This document shows, piece by piece, positions 37,640 to 46,637 of a stretch of 64,000 nucleotides of DNA (position 1 is the stretch's first letter; every line of letters begins with the position of its first letter). The stretch comes from an uncultured Clostridia bacterium (GTDB lineage Bacteria; Acidobacteriota; Aminicenantia; UBA2199). The notes under the pieces were generated by a model. It saw nothing but the letters and a program-made list of their open reading frames with translations, made no database searches and was not told the DNA's origin. The position numbers and the translations under genes were made by a program. The stretch lies in contig CAZVPI010000007.1 of assembly GCA_964628035.1 (NCBI GenBank), forward strand, positions 10,322 through 74,321, written 5' to 3'.

Positions 37640-37985
37640 GGCCGAGGGCCGCCGTACTGGGGATCTTATGTGATGAGTGGTAAATGATGAGGAACCGCAA
37701 TGGATCGAACTTTGTGGCTGCGAATCCCCGATCGAAAGCATTAGGCTGCAGGGGAAGAAAAAACCAGGGCTTTTTCGAATCTAGAAGTCCCAAATCACAG
37801 GCAAGCTCGGGCTTTGCTGTTTCTCATCACTCATTACTCATCACGCATCACTCATCACGATGGTTCATCTCAAGGCAGCTGCTACCACTATCACTACCAC
37901 TCTTAGCTCATTGATCTCGTCAGTTCGCTGGGTTTCCTGCTAACACCAACACGAACACTAAACACTAAGAGATCGTTCTGTTGCT
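37640..37985. repeat. composite intergenic repeat with conserved module order (ACGGC-like, ATCACGA array, GCTGCTACCACTATCACTACCACT, TCGTCAG, CTAACAC array)
   Basis: ...tcatcactcattactcatcacgcatcactcatcacgatgg...gctgctaccactatcactaccact...tcgtcagttcgctgggtttcctgctaacaccaacacgaacactaaacactaagagatcgttct. The same order recurs at 49044-49300 and 44462-44692. Confidence 0.65.
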
Positions 37986-38044
37986 CTCAAAAAGTTGCTC
38001 CTCCTCTCCGCTTCTGCCATAATCCATCCTGTCATGGGGGGAAG

Positions 38045-40597
38045 ATGAACGCTGCAAAAGTTGCCGCCCTGCTGCTGCTGGCCTTGTGGCCGGTCCTGCC
38101 GCTGCCGGCCCAGGTCTGGGCCAACAACGGCGAGGACAAGGTCACCCGCGACGAGCTGCGCGCCGCCGCCGACCCGGGCGCGGTGGTCAACTCGGTCTGG
38201 ACCGGCTCGCGCGTCACCCTCTTCGGCGCCCGCAACGAGGTGGTCAACTTCAACCTGGTGATCGAGGCCGCCGTTGCGCCGCTGGCCGGCGTGCGCGTGG
38301 AGTTCGACCGCCTGACCGGCCCCGGCGGCGCGCTGATCTCCTCGTCGCCGGCCTCGGGCGACGCCCTGTTCGACTGGACGGGACGCAACATCGAGTTGTT
38401 TTACGTGCGCTACCTGCGCATCAAGGGGCTCAGCCGGCTGGGATATGAGAACTATTATGACGAGCGGCACGTGCCGGCGAGGCTGCGCCGGCCCCACGAC
38501 GGCCGTTTCGCCGACCCGGGGACCGGCTGGAACGACCGCCCCGACCACGACAAGGAATACCCCGACATCGCCGTCCCCCTGGAAATGCACACGCCCTTCG
38601 CGGTGGCCGCGGGGAGCAACCAATCGGTCTGGTGCGACATCTACATCCCCAAAACGGCCGCCGCCGGCGCCTATTCCGGCACGCTCACGGTCAGCGTCAA
38701 CGGCACGCCGGCCTGGCAGGTCCCGGTCGACCTGCTCGTGCGCGACTTCACCCTGCCCGACCTGCCCGCCTGCAAGACCATGCTGGTCATGGGCGAAGGC
38801 GACGTCAACGAGCGCTACCTGGACCAGGCCTGGATCGACCCGGGCGACCCGCTGTTCGCCCAGTCCATGCGCATCATCGACCGCCACGTGCAGATGGCCC
38901 ACCGCCACAAGATCTCCATCATCGGCGCCGACGGCGGCGCCATCGAACGCATGGACGACGGCTGGACCGCCCGGCTCGACGGCAGCCTGTTCACCGCGGC
39001 CAACGGCTACGACGGCCCGGGCGCGGGCGTGGGCAACAACGTCTATTCCATCGGCACCTTCGGCTCCTGGACCGCCATGTGGGACCCGGACAGCGAGGCC
39101 GAGATGCGCAGCAACACCGACGCCTGGGTGAACTGGTTCGACGCCAGGGCGTTCGCCACGCCCACCGACACGTTCCTCTACCTGATCGACGAGTCGGACG
39201 ATTACCCGCAGCAGGAGCAGTGGGCGCAGTGGATGGACAACAACCCGGGCCCGGGAAGCCGCCTCCTTTCGTTCGCCACCATCTCCCTCCCCGAGGCCCA
39301 GGCCCACGTGCCTTCGCTGGACATCCCCTGCTCCCCGGCCGGGCTGGGGATCACCGCCGCCTGGCAGCAGGCCGCCGACGAAGTGCTGGCCGACCCCGGC
39401 AAGCGGCTGTTCGCCTACAACGGCTTCCGCCCGGCCACGGCCTGCTTCATGACCGAGGACGACGGCGTCGCCCTGCGATCGCTCGCCTGGGGGCAGTACA
39501 AGAAGGGGATCCAGCGCTGGTTCTACTGGGAGTCGACCTATTACGTGAACTTCCAGGCCTACGGCTACTCCGATCCCCGGGCGCGGGCCAACCTGTTCCA
39601 ACAGGCGCAGACCTTCGGCATGTTTTCCTCGACCGACGCCGTCCAGGGGGAGACCGGCTGGAACTACTCCAACGGCGACGGCGTTCTGTTCTATCCCGGC
39701 ACCGACCATCTCTTCCCGGCGGACAGCTACGGCCTGGCCGGCCCGATCGCCTCCCTGCGCCTCAAGCACTGGCGGCGGGGCATCCAGGACGTCGACTATC
39801 TTGCGCTGGCCGCGGCCATCGACCCGGAGCGCACGGCCGCGATCGTGGCCCGGATGATGCCCGCGTTCTACTGGGAGGTCGGGGTGGAAAGCGAGGACGA
39901 TCCCACCTACGTCTACGCCGACATCAGCTGGCCGACCGACCCCGACGCCTGGGAGGCGGCCCGCAAAGAGCTGGCCGACATCATCGACGGCGGACGCCTG
40001 ACCCTCACCGCACCCAACGGCTGGGAGCGCTGGAACCTGGGCGAGACCCGCAGCATCGCCTGGAGCGCCTCCGGCTACGACGGCCCGCTGCGCCTGGTGC
40101 TGTTCAAGGGCGGCAGCCGCTTCGGCAACATCGCCGCCGACGTCCCGGCCGCCGCCGGTTCCTATTCCTGGACCGTGGGCCAGACCTATGACGGCGGCAT
40201 GGCGCCCGCGGGAGGCGACTTCCGCCTCTACCTGCGCAGCGCCGACAACACCCTCGTCGACCCCAGCGACTACCGCTTCGCCCTGGCCGTTCCGGCGCCG
40301 CAGCTGCAACTGACCTCGCCCAACGGCGGCGAAAGCTGGCCCCTGGGCGCAACGCGCGCCGTCTCCTGGAACGCCAACGGTTACGCGGGGACCGTGCGCC
40401 TGGTGCTGTTCCACAAGGGGACCAAGATCGGCCAGATCGCCACCGGCATCCCCGCGTCCCAGGGGAGCTTTTCCTGGACCGTCGGCAGCCACGCCAACGG
40501 CATGGCGCCGGCGGGAGCGCTCTATTCCATCCGCCTGCTGGCCGGCGACGGCTCGCAGGAGGACTACAGCGACGCGCCGTTCGAACTGACAGACTGA
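38045..40597 (+). CDS. secreted DUF4091-like (putative glycoside hydrolase-like) protein with three C-terminal Kre9/KNH-like repeat modules
   Basis: 850 aa with a signal peptide. The central block [18 protein letters not shown]...[24 protein letters not shown] matches DUF4091 as I recall it. Three tandem modules of about 95 aa follow ([33 protein letters not shown]..., [33 protein letters not shown]...). Confidence 0.55.
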   Translation: MNAAKVAALLLLALWPVLPLPAQVWANNGEDKVTRDELRAAADPGAVVNSVWTGSRVTLFGARNEVVNFNLVIEAAVAPLAGVRVEFDRLTGPGGALISSSPASGDALFDWTGRNIELFYVRYLRIKGLSRLGYENYYDERHVPARLRRPHDGRFADPGTGWNDRPDHDKEYPDIAVPLEMHTPFAVAAGSNQSVWCDIYIPKTAAAGAYSGTLTVSVNGTPAWQVPVDLLVRDFTLPDLPACKTMLVMGEGDVNERYLDQAWIDPGDPLFAQSMRIIDRHVQMAHRHKISIIGADGGAIERMDDGWTARLDGSLFTAANGYDGPGAGVGNNVYSIGTFGSWTAMWDPDSEAEMRSNTDAWVNWFDARAFATPTDTFLYLIDESDDYPQQEQWAQWMDNNPGPGSRLLSFATISLPEAQAHVPSLDIPCSPAGLGITAAWQQAADEVLADPGKRLFAYNGFRPATACFMTEDDGVALRSLAWGQYKKGIQRWFYWESTYYVNFQAYGYSDPRARANLFQQAQTFGMFSSTDAVQGETGWNYSNGDGVLFYPGTDHLFPADSYGLAGPIASLRLKHWRRGIQDVDYLALAAAIDPERTAAIVARMMPAFYWEVGVESEDDPTYVYADISWPTDPDAWEAARKELADIIDGGRLTLTAPNGWERWNLGETRSIAWSASGYDGPLRLVLFKGGSRFGNIAADVPAAAGSYSWTVGQTYDGGMAPAGGDFRLYLRSADNTLVDPSDYRFALAVPAPQLQLTSPNGGESWPLGATRAVSWNANGYAGTVRLVLFHKGTKIGQIATGIPASQGSFSWTVGSHANGMAPAGALYSIRLLAGDGSQEDYSDAPFELTD

Positions 40598-40840
40598 AAA
40601 GAAGCGAACTACAGACGTCAGACGCTAGGCGTTAGACGTCAGCAAGGCTAAGAATGTGAACAGAAAAAAGTGAAGGGGACACAACCGCTCCAGGCGTACG
40701 GCATAAGGCCCTGAAGGTCCCCGCTCAGGTGGCGCAAGACATACGGCAACGGCAGGGAACGAGCCGCAGGAATGAACAAACCTAGGCGTAAGGCATACAG
40801 CAAAAGCACTTCGTCTACAGAGAAGGTAGGCTTTCAACTT
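40598..40840. repeat. modular intergenic repeat (CAGACGT array, GAACAGAAAAAAGTGAAGG box, ACGGCATA...CCTGAAGGTCCCCGCTCAGG block, GGCTTTCAACTTGG box)
   Basis: The 40694-40760 block is about 85% identical to 35495-35550. The GGCTTTCAACTTGGCCTGTGG box recurs at 53046 as GGCTTTAAACTTGGTGCGTGG. Confidence 0.65.
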
Positions 40841-40880
40841 GGCCTGTGGTACGGGGCACTTGGAACCTCTCCTCAAGTGC

Positions 40881-41078
40881 CTATCCTGCCCTGGGCAGCT
40901 GGCGCTCGAGCTTCTTGCCCAGCAGCTGCCTGACGAACGTCGGCGTATCGGGGTCCTTCAGGCACCCCTCGCCGTACAGGCTGACATACTGGACCGCCAT
41001 GCGCCGCAGGTCATCCTCGCCGTTCAGGGATTCATCGGCATGGGTGGGCGCCGCGAAAAAGAAAACTTTCTGCTTCAT
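40881..41078 (-). CDS. small hypothetical protein (65 aa)
   Basis: MKQKVFFFAAPTHADESLNGEDDLRRMAVQYVSLYGEGCLKDPDTPTFVRQLL. A strong AGGAGG RBS lies 6 nt upstream of the ATG. I do not recognise the family. Confidence 0.35.
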   Translation of the reverse strand: MKQKVFFFAAPTHADESLNGEDDLRRMAVQYVSLYGEGCLKDPDTPTFVRQLLGKKLERQLPRAG

Positions 41079-41273
41079 GGTTCCTCCTGGCAACAAGATA
41101 AACGGGGGGGTGGGACAAATGATGTCCTAGCTGGAGAAACCGTTTCAATCCAAAGGAAAAAGGCAAAAGTGAAAGCCCCTATGCCCGCATCCCTTGGTGT
41201 CCGTATCCCCTGGTTGCATAGAAATCCAGGGCCTGCTACACTGCAGTCAGCAAGGATGACAAGGAGGCCCATC

Positions 41274-41480
41274 ATGTCCGTCGCCCGCATCACCGAGATC
41301 AAATCGTCCTCGAGCAAAAGCTTCGACGACGCCATCCGCAACGGCGTGGCCCGCGCCAACAAGACGCTGAAGAACGTCAAGTCGGCCTGGATCCAGAACC
41401 AGGAAGTGCTGCTCGACAACCAGGGAAAGATCGCCGAATACCGGGTGCAGATGAAGGTCACCTTCATCCTCAGCAAGTAG
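41274..41480 (+). CDS. dodecin-family flavin-binding protein
   Basis: 68 aa, reading MSVARITEIKSSSSKSFDDAIRNGVARANKTLKNVKSAWIQNQEVLLDNQGKIAEYRVQMKVTFIL. This matches the dodecin length and the beta-alpha-beta-beta pattern (VIEI.G.S...DA...A...A......W.EV...G.V...........Y.V.MKV.F). An AAGGAGG RBS is present. Confidence 0.6.
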   Translation: MSVARITEIKSSSSKSFDDAIRNGVARANKTLKNVKSAWIQNQEVLLDNQGKIAEYRVQMKVTFILSK

Positions 41481-41494
41481 GGCCGCGTCGCCAC

Positions 41495-42385
41495 GTGGCA
41501 GGAGACGGCTGGCTCCCCCGCGCCGCCCTCGCCGCGGCCCTGCTGCTGGCCCTGACGACTGCGTCCGCCGTCGCCCAGGAGGGGCCGCACATCGACCCGC
41601 AGGGCGGGACGGTGGCGGCGCGCTTCCTGCCCCCAGCCGGGTTTCGGCGCCCCGCGGCCGCGCCGGACAGCTTCGCCGCCTTCCTCCGCTCCCTGCCGCT
41701 GAAGGCGCAGGGCGCCGAAGTCCGGCTCTTCGACGGACGGATCAAGGCCAACCGCGGCGTCTATGCCGCAGTCGTCGACCTGCCCATCGGCCCCGTCCCG
41801 GCGGGACGGGGCGGCCCCCGCGACCTGCACCAGTGCGCCGACGCGATCATCCGCCTGCGCGCCGAGTACCTGTTCTCCCAGCGCCGCTTCGACGAGATCC
41901 GCTTCCGCTTCGGCAGCGGCTTTCCGGCCGAGTACGCCCGCTGGCGGCGGGGGGGACGCATCGCCGTGCGCGGCAACGACGCACGCTGGGTGGCGGGCGG
42001 TGCGCCCGGGGACGGCCGCCGCTCCTTCTGGCGCTACTTGGAGACGGTTTTTGCCTACGCCGGCACGGCGTCGCTGGCGCGGGAGCTGGCCCCGGCGCCG
42101 GGAAACGACCCCCGGATCGGCGACATCTTCATCCAGCCCGGCCATCCGGGCCATGCCGTCATCGTCGTCGACCGCGCCGTCGACTCCAGGGGCGGCGCCG
42201 TGTTCCTCCTGGCCCAGAGTTACATGCCGGCCCAGGAGATCCACATCCTGGCCAATCCGGCCGATGCCGACCTGAGCCCCTGGTACGCCTCCGGCTTCGG
42301 CGAAACCCTGGAAACGCCGGAGTGGACGTTTCGAGCTCAAGACCTGATGCGCTTCCCGGAGGAGCGGCAATCTCAAGTGAACTAA
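41495..42385 (+). CDS. secreted conserved hypothetical protein (possibly DUF4846-like)
   Basis: 296 aa. It has a signal peptide (ALLLALTTASAVAQE) and conserved blocks HQCADAIIRLRAEYLF and GDIFIQPGHPGHAVIVVD. The family assignment is from memory only. Confidence 0.4.
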   Translation: MAGDGWLPRAALAAALLLALTTASAVAQEGPHIDPQGGTVAARFLPPAGFRRPAAAPDSFAAFLRSLPLKAQGAEVRLFDGRIKANRGVYAAVVDLPIGPVPAGRGGPRDLHQCADAIIRLRAEYLFSQRRFDEIRFRFGSGFPAEYARWRRGGRIAVRGNDARWVAGGAPGDGRRSFWRYLETVFAYAGTASLARELAPAPGNDPRIGDIFIQPGHPGHAVIVVDRAVDSRGGAVFLLAQSYMPAQEIHILANPADADLSPWYASGFGETLETPEWTFRAQDLMRFPEERQSQVN

Positions 42386-42589
42386 GTGACAAGTGACGAG
42401 TGACGAGTGACGAGGAGCCGCAAGGAACGATCTTTGCCTGTTCCTCACCTCGACAACTCAGCCTCCCGCCTTCGCTCATTACGCCTCACGAAACGTGATC
42501 GCCCGCCCGACCGGGTGATTGCCTCAAAATTTATGATCGATCGACCAATGACTTTCCTTGTTACTTGTCACTCGTCACTTGTCACTGAG
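42377..42589. repeat. inverted pair of GTGACGA-unit arrays flanking an about 140-nt spacer between convergent genes
   Basis: gtgaactaagtgacaagtgacgagtgacgagtgacgagg at 42377-42415, and cttgttacttgtcactcgtcacttgtcactgag at 42557-42589, which is reverse-complementary to it. The structure is the same as at 26884-27012. Confidence 0.7.
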
Positions 42590-42600
42590 TCCGCGGTTCG

Positions 42601-44388
42601 CTAAGAATCCAGCACCTGCCTGACCTTGGCCGCGAGCTCCTCGGTGGTGAAGGGCTTGGCGATGAAGGCGACGCCGCCCTCCGGCGCCACTTCGCTCTCG
42701 GGGTGGGCCGACATGAAGAGCACCTTCATGCCCGGGCGCAGGCGGCGGACCTCACCGGCCAGCGTCATTCCCGTCGTGTCGGGCAGGATGACATCGGTCA
42801 GCAGGAGATCGCAGCAGGCTCCCGCCCGGTTGAGGATGGCGCGCGCGGCGGCGCCGTCGCCGGCGGAACTCACGCCGTAGCCCAGGCTGGCCAGGACCAG
42901 CTCGGTGAACTCCAGGACCATGGCGTCGTCCTCCACCAGCAGGATCGTCTCGTCGCCGCCGGGAAGCTCGCCGCGGGTCTCCTGGGGCTCGGCAGGCCGC
43001 ATCGGGAGCCTGGTCGCCGGAAAATAAACCGTCATGCGCGTGCCGCGGCCGGGATCGGAGCGGACCGCGATGGAACCGTTGTTCTGCTGCACCGCGCCGT
43101 ACACCAGCGAAAGCCCGAGCCCGGTCCCCTGTCCCACCGGCTTGGTGGTGAAGAAGGGATCGAAGATGCGGTGCAGGTCGGCCTCGGGAATGCCGATGCC
43201 GGTGTCGGCGACGGAAAGCAGCGCGTAGTCGCCCGGCTTCAGGACCGGGCTGGCCGCTGGCGGCGAACCGGCGATCCGCCTCTGCCCGGTCTCGATGGTG
43301 ATGACACCGCCGCCGGGCATGGAATCACGGCTGTTGAGCGCCAGGTTGATCACGATCTGCTCCACCTGGCCCGGGTCGGCCATGATGGGCGCCACCCCGG
43401 CGCCGAGCTTCAGCTCCAGGCGGAAGCCCTCGCCGAGAAGCCGCTCCAGCAGGCGGCAGGCGCTCTCCACGTGGCGGTTCAGGTCCATGGGCCGGGGCTC
43501 GATTTCCTGGCGGCGGGAGAAGGTGAGCAGGTGGCGGGTCAGGGCGGCGGCGCTGTCGGCGGCGCGCATGATGTCCTTGAGCCGGGCCACGGCGGGGCTG
43601 GCGGGATCGGCCTTGGCCAGGGCCATGCCGGCGTTGCCCAGGATCGTGGTCAGCAGGTTGTTGAAGTCATGGGCCACGCCGCCGGCCAGGCGGCCCACCG
43701 ACTCCATCTTCTGGGAGTGGAGCAGTTGCGCCTGCAGGCGCTCCTTTTCCTCCTCCTGGCGCCGGCGCTCGGCCAGTTCGCGCTCCATCTGCTCCAGGGC
43801 CCGCTGGTTGATCAGGTAGGCGGCGAATCCGGTGAGGGTGATGAACACGATGGCTATTGCGTTGTCGGCGAAATATTCCATGTAGCGATGGAAGGGCAGG
43901 GGCAACTGCCTGCGGACCAGGAGCAGGAAAAGGGCCAGGAAAACGAGGTTGGCGGCCCCGTAGACGAGGATGACGCGCTTGCGCCGCGCCACGGCCAGGG
44001 GCGTCAGCGTCAGCAACCCCAGCACGAAGGCGATGGTGTCCAGCTTGGACACCTCCCCGGTGCGGTCGAGGATCATGACCGTCCAGATCACCAGGAAGAC
44101 GAAGACCAGCAGCAGGTGGGCCGACAGGGAGAAGCGGCCGCGCAGCAGGAGGACCAGGACCCCCGCCAGCAGCACCAGGGCCAGGCCCTCGGGGACCAGG
44201 ACCAGCGGATTGAGGCGATAGCCCATGTCGGGGTTGTGCAGCTGGGAGCAGGCGCTGTAGGCCATGGCGATGGGGATGAGGACCATGATGAACAGGTGAA
44301 GCAGGAAGAAGAACTTGGCCTTCATGCGGATCACCGGATCGGCCCCTTCGTAGCGCTTCATGGCCCTGTCCAGCACTCCCTTGAGCAT
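42601..44388 (-). CDS. hybrid sensor histidine kinase (multi-TM sensor, HisKA, HATPase_c, C-terminal receiver domain)
   Basis: 595 aa with about 6 N-terminal TM helices. The H-box is AGGVAHDFNNLLTTILG. G-boxes GTGLGLS are present in the HATPase domain. The C-terminal receiver reads ILLVEDDAMV...DLLLTDVILPDTTG...KVLFMSAHP. Confidence 0.8.
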   Translation of the reverse strand: MLKGVLDRAMKRYEGADPVIRMKAKFFFLLHLFIMVLIPIAMAYSACSQLHNPDMGYRLNPLVLVPEGLALVLLAGVLVLLLRGRFSLSAHLLLVFVFLVIWTVMILDRTGEVSKLDTIAFVLGLLTLTPLAVARRKRVILVYGAANLVFLALFLLLVRRQLPLPFHRYMEYFADNAIAIVFITLTGFAAYLINQRALEQMERELAERRRQEEEKERLQAQLLHSQKMESVGRLAGGVAHDFNNLLTTILGNAGMALAKADPASPAVARLKDIMRAADSAAALTRHLLTFSRRQEIEPRPMDLNRHVESACRLLERLLGEGFRLELKLGAGVAPIMADPGQVEQIVINLALNSRDSMPGGGVITIETGQRRIAGSPPAASPVLKPGDYALLSVADTGIGIPEADLHRIFDPFFTTKPVGQGTGLGLSLVYGAVQQNNGSIAVRSDPGRGTRMTVYFPATRLPMRPAEPQETRGELPGGDETILLVEDDAMVLEFTELVLASLGYGVSSAGDGAAARAILNRAGACCDLLLTDVILPDTTGMTLAGEVRRLRPGMKVLFMSAHPESEVAPEGGVAFIAKPFTTEELAAKVRQVLDS

Positions 44389-44461
44389 CTCCCGCTCCCG
44401 CCGGCAACGCCGGCCAGCTCCAATTCGCGCGAATTATAGCGCAGGGGATTGTCCATAGCAA

Positions 44462-44692
44462 TCTTTTACAAGCAACAGACGTTAGACGCCAGACGGAAGA
44501 CGATAGCCAGGCAAAGAGAGTGAAAATGGAGAGAGTCGGTACAGCACGGGTTCACGGTATACGGTAGACGGTTTATGGCAACGGCGCTCAATGATCTGCA
44601 GTGATGAGCGATACGTGACAAGTGATGAGAAACCGCGCTCGTCGAGTTTCTTGCTAACACTAACACAGAGAGATGGTTCAGAGCTGGATTGA
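44462..44692. repeat. composite intergenic repeat (CAGACGT array, GAGAGTGAAAATGGAGAG box, ACGGT array, GTGATGAG/GTGACAAG, CTAACAC array)
   Basis: caacagacgttagacgccagacggaagacg...acgggttcacggtatacggtagacggtttatggcaacgg...gtgatgagcgatacgtgacaagtgatgag...tcgtcgagtttcttgctaacactaacacagagagatggttc. Confidence 0.65.
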
Positions 44693-44751
44693 CTTTGGCG
44701 GGAAAATGGTATAAAAAGTCGCTTCAAGAGCCACGCGGCCGGGAGACGAAC

Positions 44752-45579
44752 ATGAAAAAGATTACCCTTCTTCTCATCGCGATCATGCTGGCGGCAGCAG
44801 GCCTTGCCGCGCAGCAGAAGGACAGCGCGGCATGCAAGGACCACCCCTCCTTCACCCGCATGCCCGACTATTGGATCTATTCCTGCCAGCAGAAGCAGTT
44901 CGAGTCCTACGCCTTCGCGGTGGGCAAGGGCAAGACCGAGCCGGTGGAGGGCCAGTACTGGATGATCGCCTACCGCCCGCAGAACACGCTGGCCGCCAAG
45001 CCCAGCGAGCTGCAGATCCAGCGCAACTTCGAGAACGCCGTCCAGAAGCAGGGCGGCGCGGTGCTGTGGAGCGAAAAGGGCAAGAGCACCTTCCGGCTGT
45101 CCGGCGCCGGCGTCGAGATCTGGGCCGAGCTGCGCACCGATTTCACCAGCGGCTACCGGCTGTTCATCGTGCAAAAGCAGGACATGTCCCAGGACATCGT
45201 CGCCGACGCCGCGGCCATGGCCGGGGACATCAACGCCACCGGCCACGTCGCCGTCTATGGAATTTACTTCGACTCGGGCAAGGCGCTCATCAAGCCCGAG
45301 TCGGCCCAGGCCATCGCCGAGATCGCCAAGCTGCTCAAGGGCCAGCCCGCCCTCAAGCTCTTCGTGGTCGGCCACACCGACAACGAGGGAACGGTGGAGG
45401 GCAACCTTGCCCTGTCGCAGCAGCGCGCCGACGCCGTGCTCAAGGCGCTCGCCGGCGAGCACGGCATCGCCACCGCGCGGCTGCGGGCCCACGGCTGCGG
45501 CCAGTTCGCCCCGGTCGCCAGCAACGACACGCCGCAGGGCCGGGCCAAAAACCGCCGCGTCGAGCTGGTCAAGCAGTAG
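44752..45579 (+). CDS. OmpA-family protein (C-terminal OmpA/MotB peptidoglycan-binding domain)
   Basis: Start MKKITLLLIAIMLAAAGLAAQ is a signal peptide. The C-terminal region LFVVGHTDNEGTVEGNLALSQQRADAVLKAL...AHGCGQFAPVASNDTPQGRAKNRRVELV matches OmpA_C. Confidence 0.75.
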   Translation: MKKITLLLIAIMLAAAGLAAQQKDSAACKDHPSFTRMPDYWIYSCQQKQFESYAFAVGKGKTEPVEGQYWMIAYRPQNTLAAKPSELQIQRNFENAVQKQGGAVLWSEKGKSTFRLSGAGVEIWAELRTDFTSGYRLFIVQKQDMSQDIVADAAAMAGDINATGHVAVYGIYFDSGKALIKPESAQAIAEIAKLLKGQPALKLFVVGHTDNEGTVEGNLALSQQRADAVLKALAGEHGIATARLRAHGCGQFAPVASNDTPQGRAKNRRVELVKQ

Positions 45580-45593
45580 ATCGCAGAAACCTA

Positions 45594-46147
45594 TGGAGGT
45601 AACCCTGCCGCAGGAGCACGGCAAAAGGAAGATCGTCGCGGAAAGGATCAGCCATTTCCTCATGGGATCGGCGGTGCTCCTGAAGGGGGTCGCCAAGGCC
45701 GAGCATTTCCGCGACCATCCCTGGCTGGTGGTCTTTCTCTTTGCCGCCGGTCTGTTCATCCTCATCGGCGCCGCGCTGCACCGCCCGATCGAGAGGAGGA
45801 TCCCCCATTTCACGAAGCTGTTTTATGTGGCGGAGGGACTGGCCCTGATCGCCGTCGGCCTGGCGCTGCTGGAGAAGAGCGCCCGCATCCCCTACTTTTT
45901 CATGTTCGCGGGTTTCGCCTATCTGGCGTTCGGGATCTTCGAATTCAAAGCCGATGCCGGGGAGAAAGAAAGGCTGGCGCCCCTTTTCGCCGCTGCCATG
46001 GGCGGCGCCTTCATCGTCTTTGCCGCAACGGCGGCCTTTCTGAACACCCTCGGCGCCCGCAACGGCTGGGCCTATTTCACCTCCGGCCTGATCGCCGTTG
46101 TGGGCATTTTTCTGCTGATCGCCCGCCAAAGGCTTTTTCGCAAATAG
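45594..46147 (+). CDS. integral membrane protein, 4-5 TM helices, unknown function
   Basis: Start MEVTLPQEH. Hydrophobic segments are WLVVFLFAAGLFILIGAAL, LFYVAEGLALIAVGLALL, YFFMFAGFAYLAFGIF and GLIAVVGIFLLIA. Confidence 0.45.
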
Positions 46148-46269
46148 GTCGACTTCGGCAAACCACTCCGACACTGAAGGCCGTATTGGGACAAGCAGCA
46201 AGCTCTGTAAAGGGTTTGGGGGATAGCCAAAACGGTTTTTAGGCAAGGCCAGATACTGGTAAGACTAAA

Positions 46270-46428
46270 ATTCCAAGCACCAAGCACCAAATCCCAAACA
46301 AATTCCAAGTTCCAAATTCCAATCTCCCGAACAAAAACCCATTCAAGCGTCTTTTCTTGTTTTGTTCATTGGGTAATTGGTGCTTGGTGCTTGTTTGGAA
46401 TTTGGTGCTTGGAACTTGGTGCTTCGGT
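46270..46428. repeat. inverted arrays of CACCAAG/CCAAATT units forming an about 160-nt imperfect palindrome
   Basis: ttccaagcaccaagcaccaaatcccaaacaaattccaagttccaaattccaatctcc...ggtaattggtgcttggtgcttgtttggaatttggtgcttggaacttggtgcttcgg. The right half is the reverse complement of the left, with substitutions. Confidence 0.7.
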
Positions 46429-46637
46429 CATACCCGTTTTTAATTTATTTTGGACAGATTTGATAAGCAATGAGAAGCTGCACAAGATCGATCTGTGCTG
46501 ATTCAAATGCAAATCACGAATCACGACAGGAAGGGATCATTTGCTTCATTCTTGAATGAATGCAAAATGTCCTGCTTCCCGGTCGCATTTTCACTTTGCT
46601 TCTGGCACAATTTTGTTTGCGAGATCGAGAGGAGCCG

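Noticed and set aside
35920-40492. 505-aa (35920..37437 -) and 844-aa (37958..40492 -) ORFs, and the 519-aa ORF 38632..40191 +
   Set aside because: They are antisense or alternate-frame relative to the FN3 lipoprotein and the DUF4091 protein. The chosen frames have signal peptides and repeat-domain structure, and these do not.
46603-46620. sigma-54-like TGGCAC-AATTT-TGTTTGC upstream of the VWA gene; a similar TGGCAT-GGTT-TTGCC at 53197
   Set aside because: GG/GC spacing is 9 nt rather than 10 in both. The first is too close to the start codon, and the second lies between convergent genes. I treat both as chance matches.
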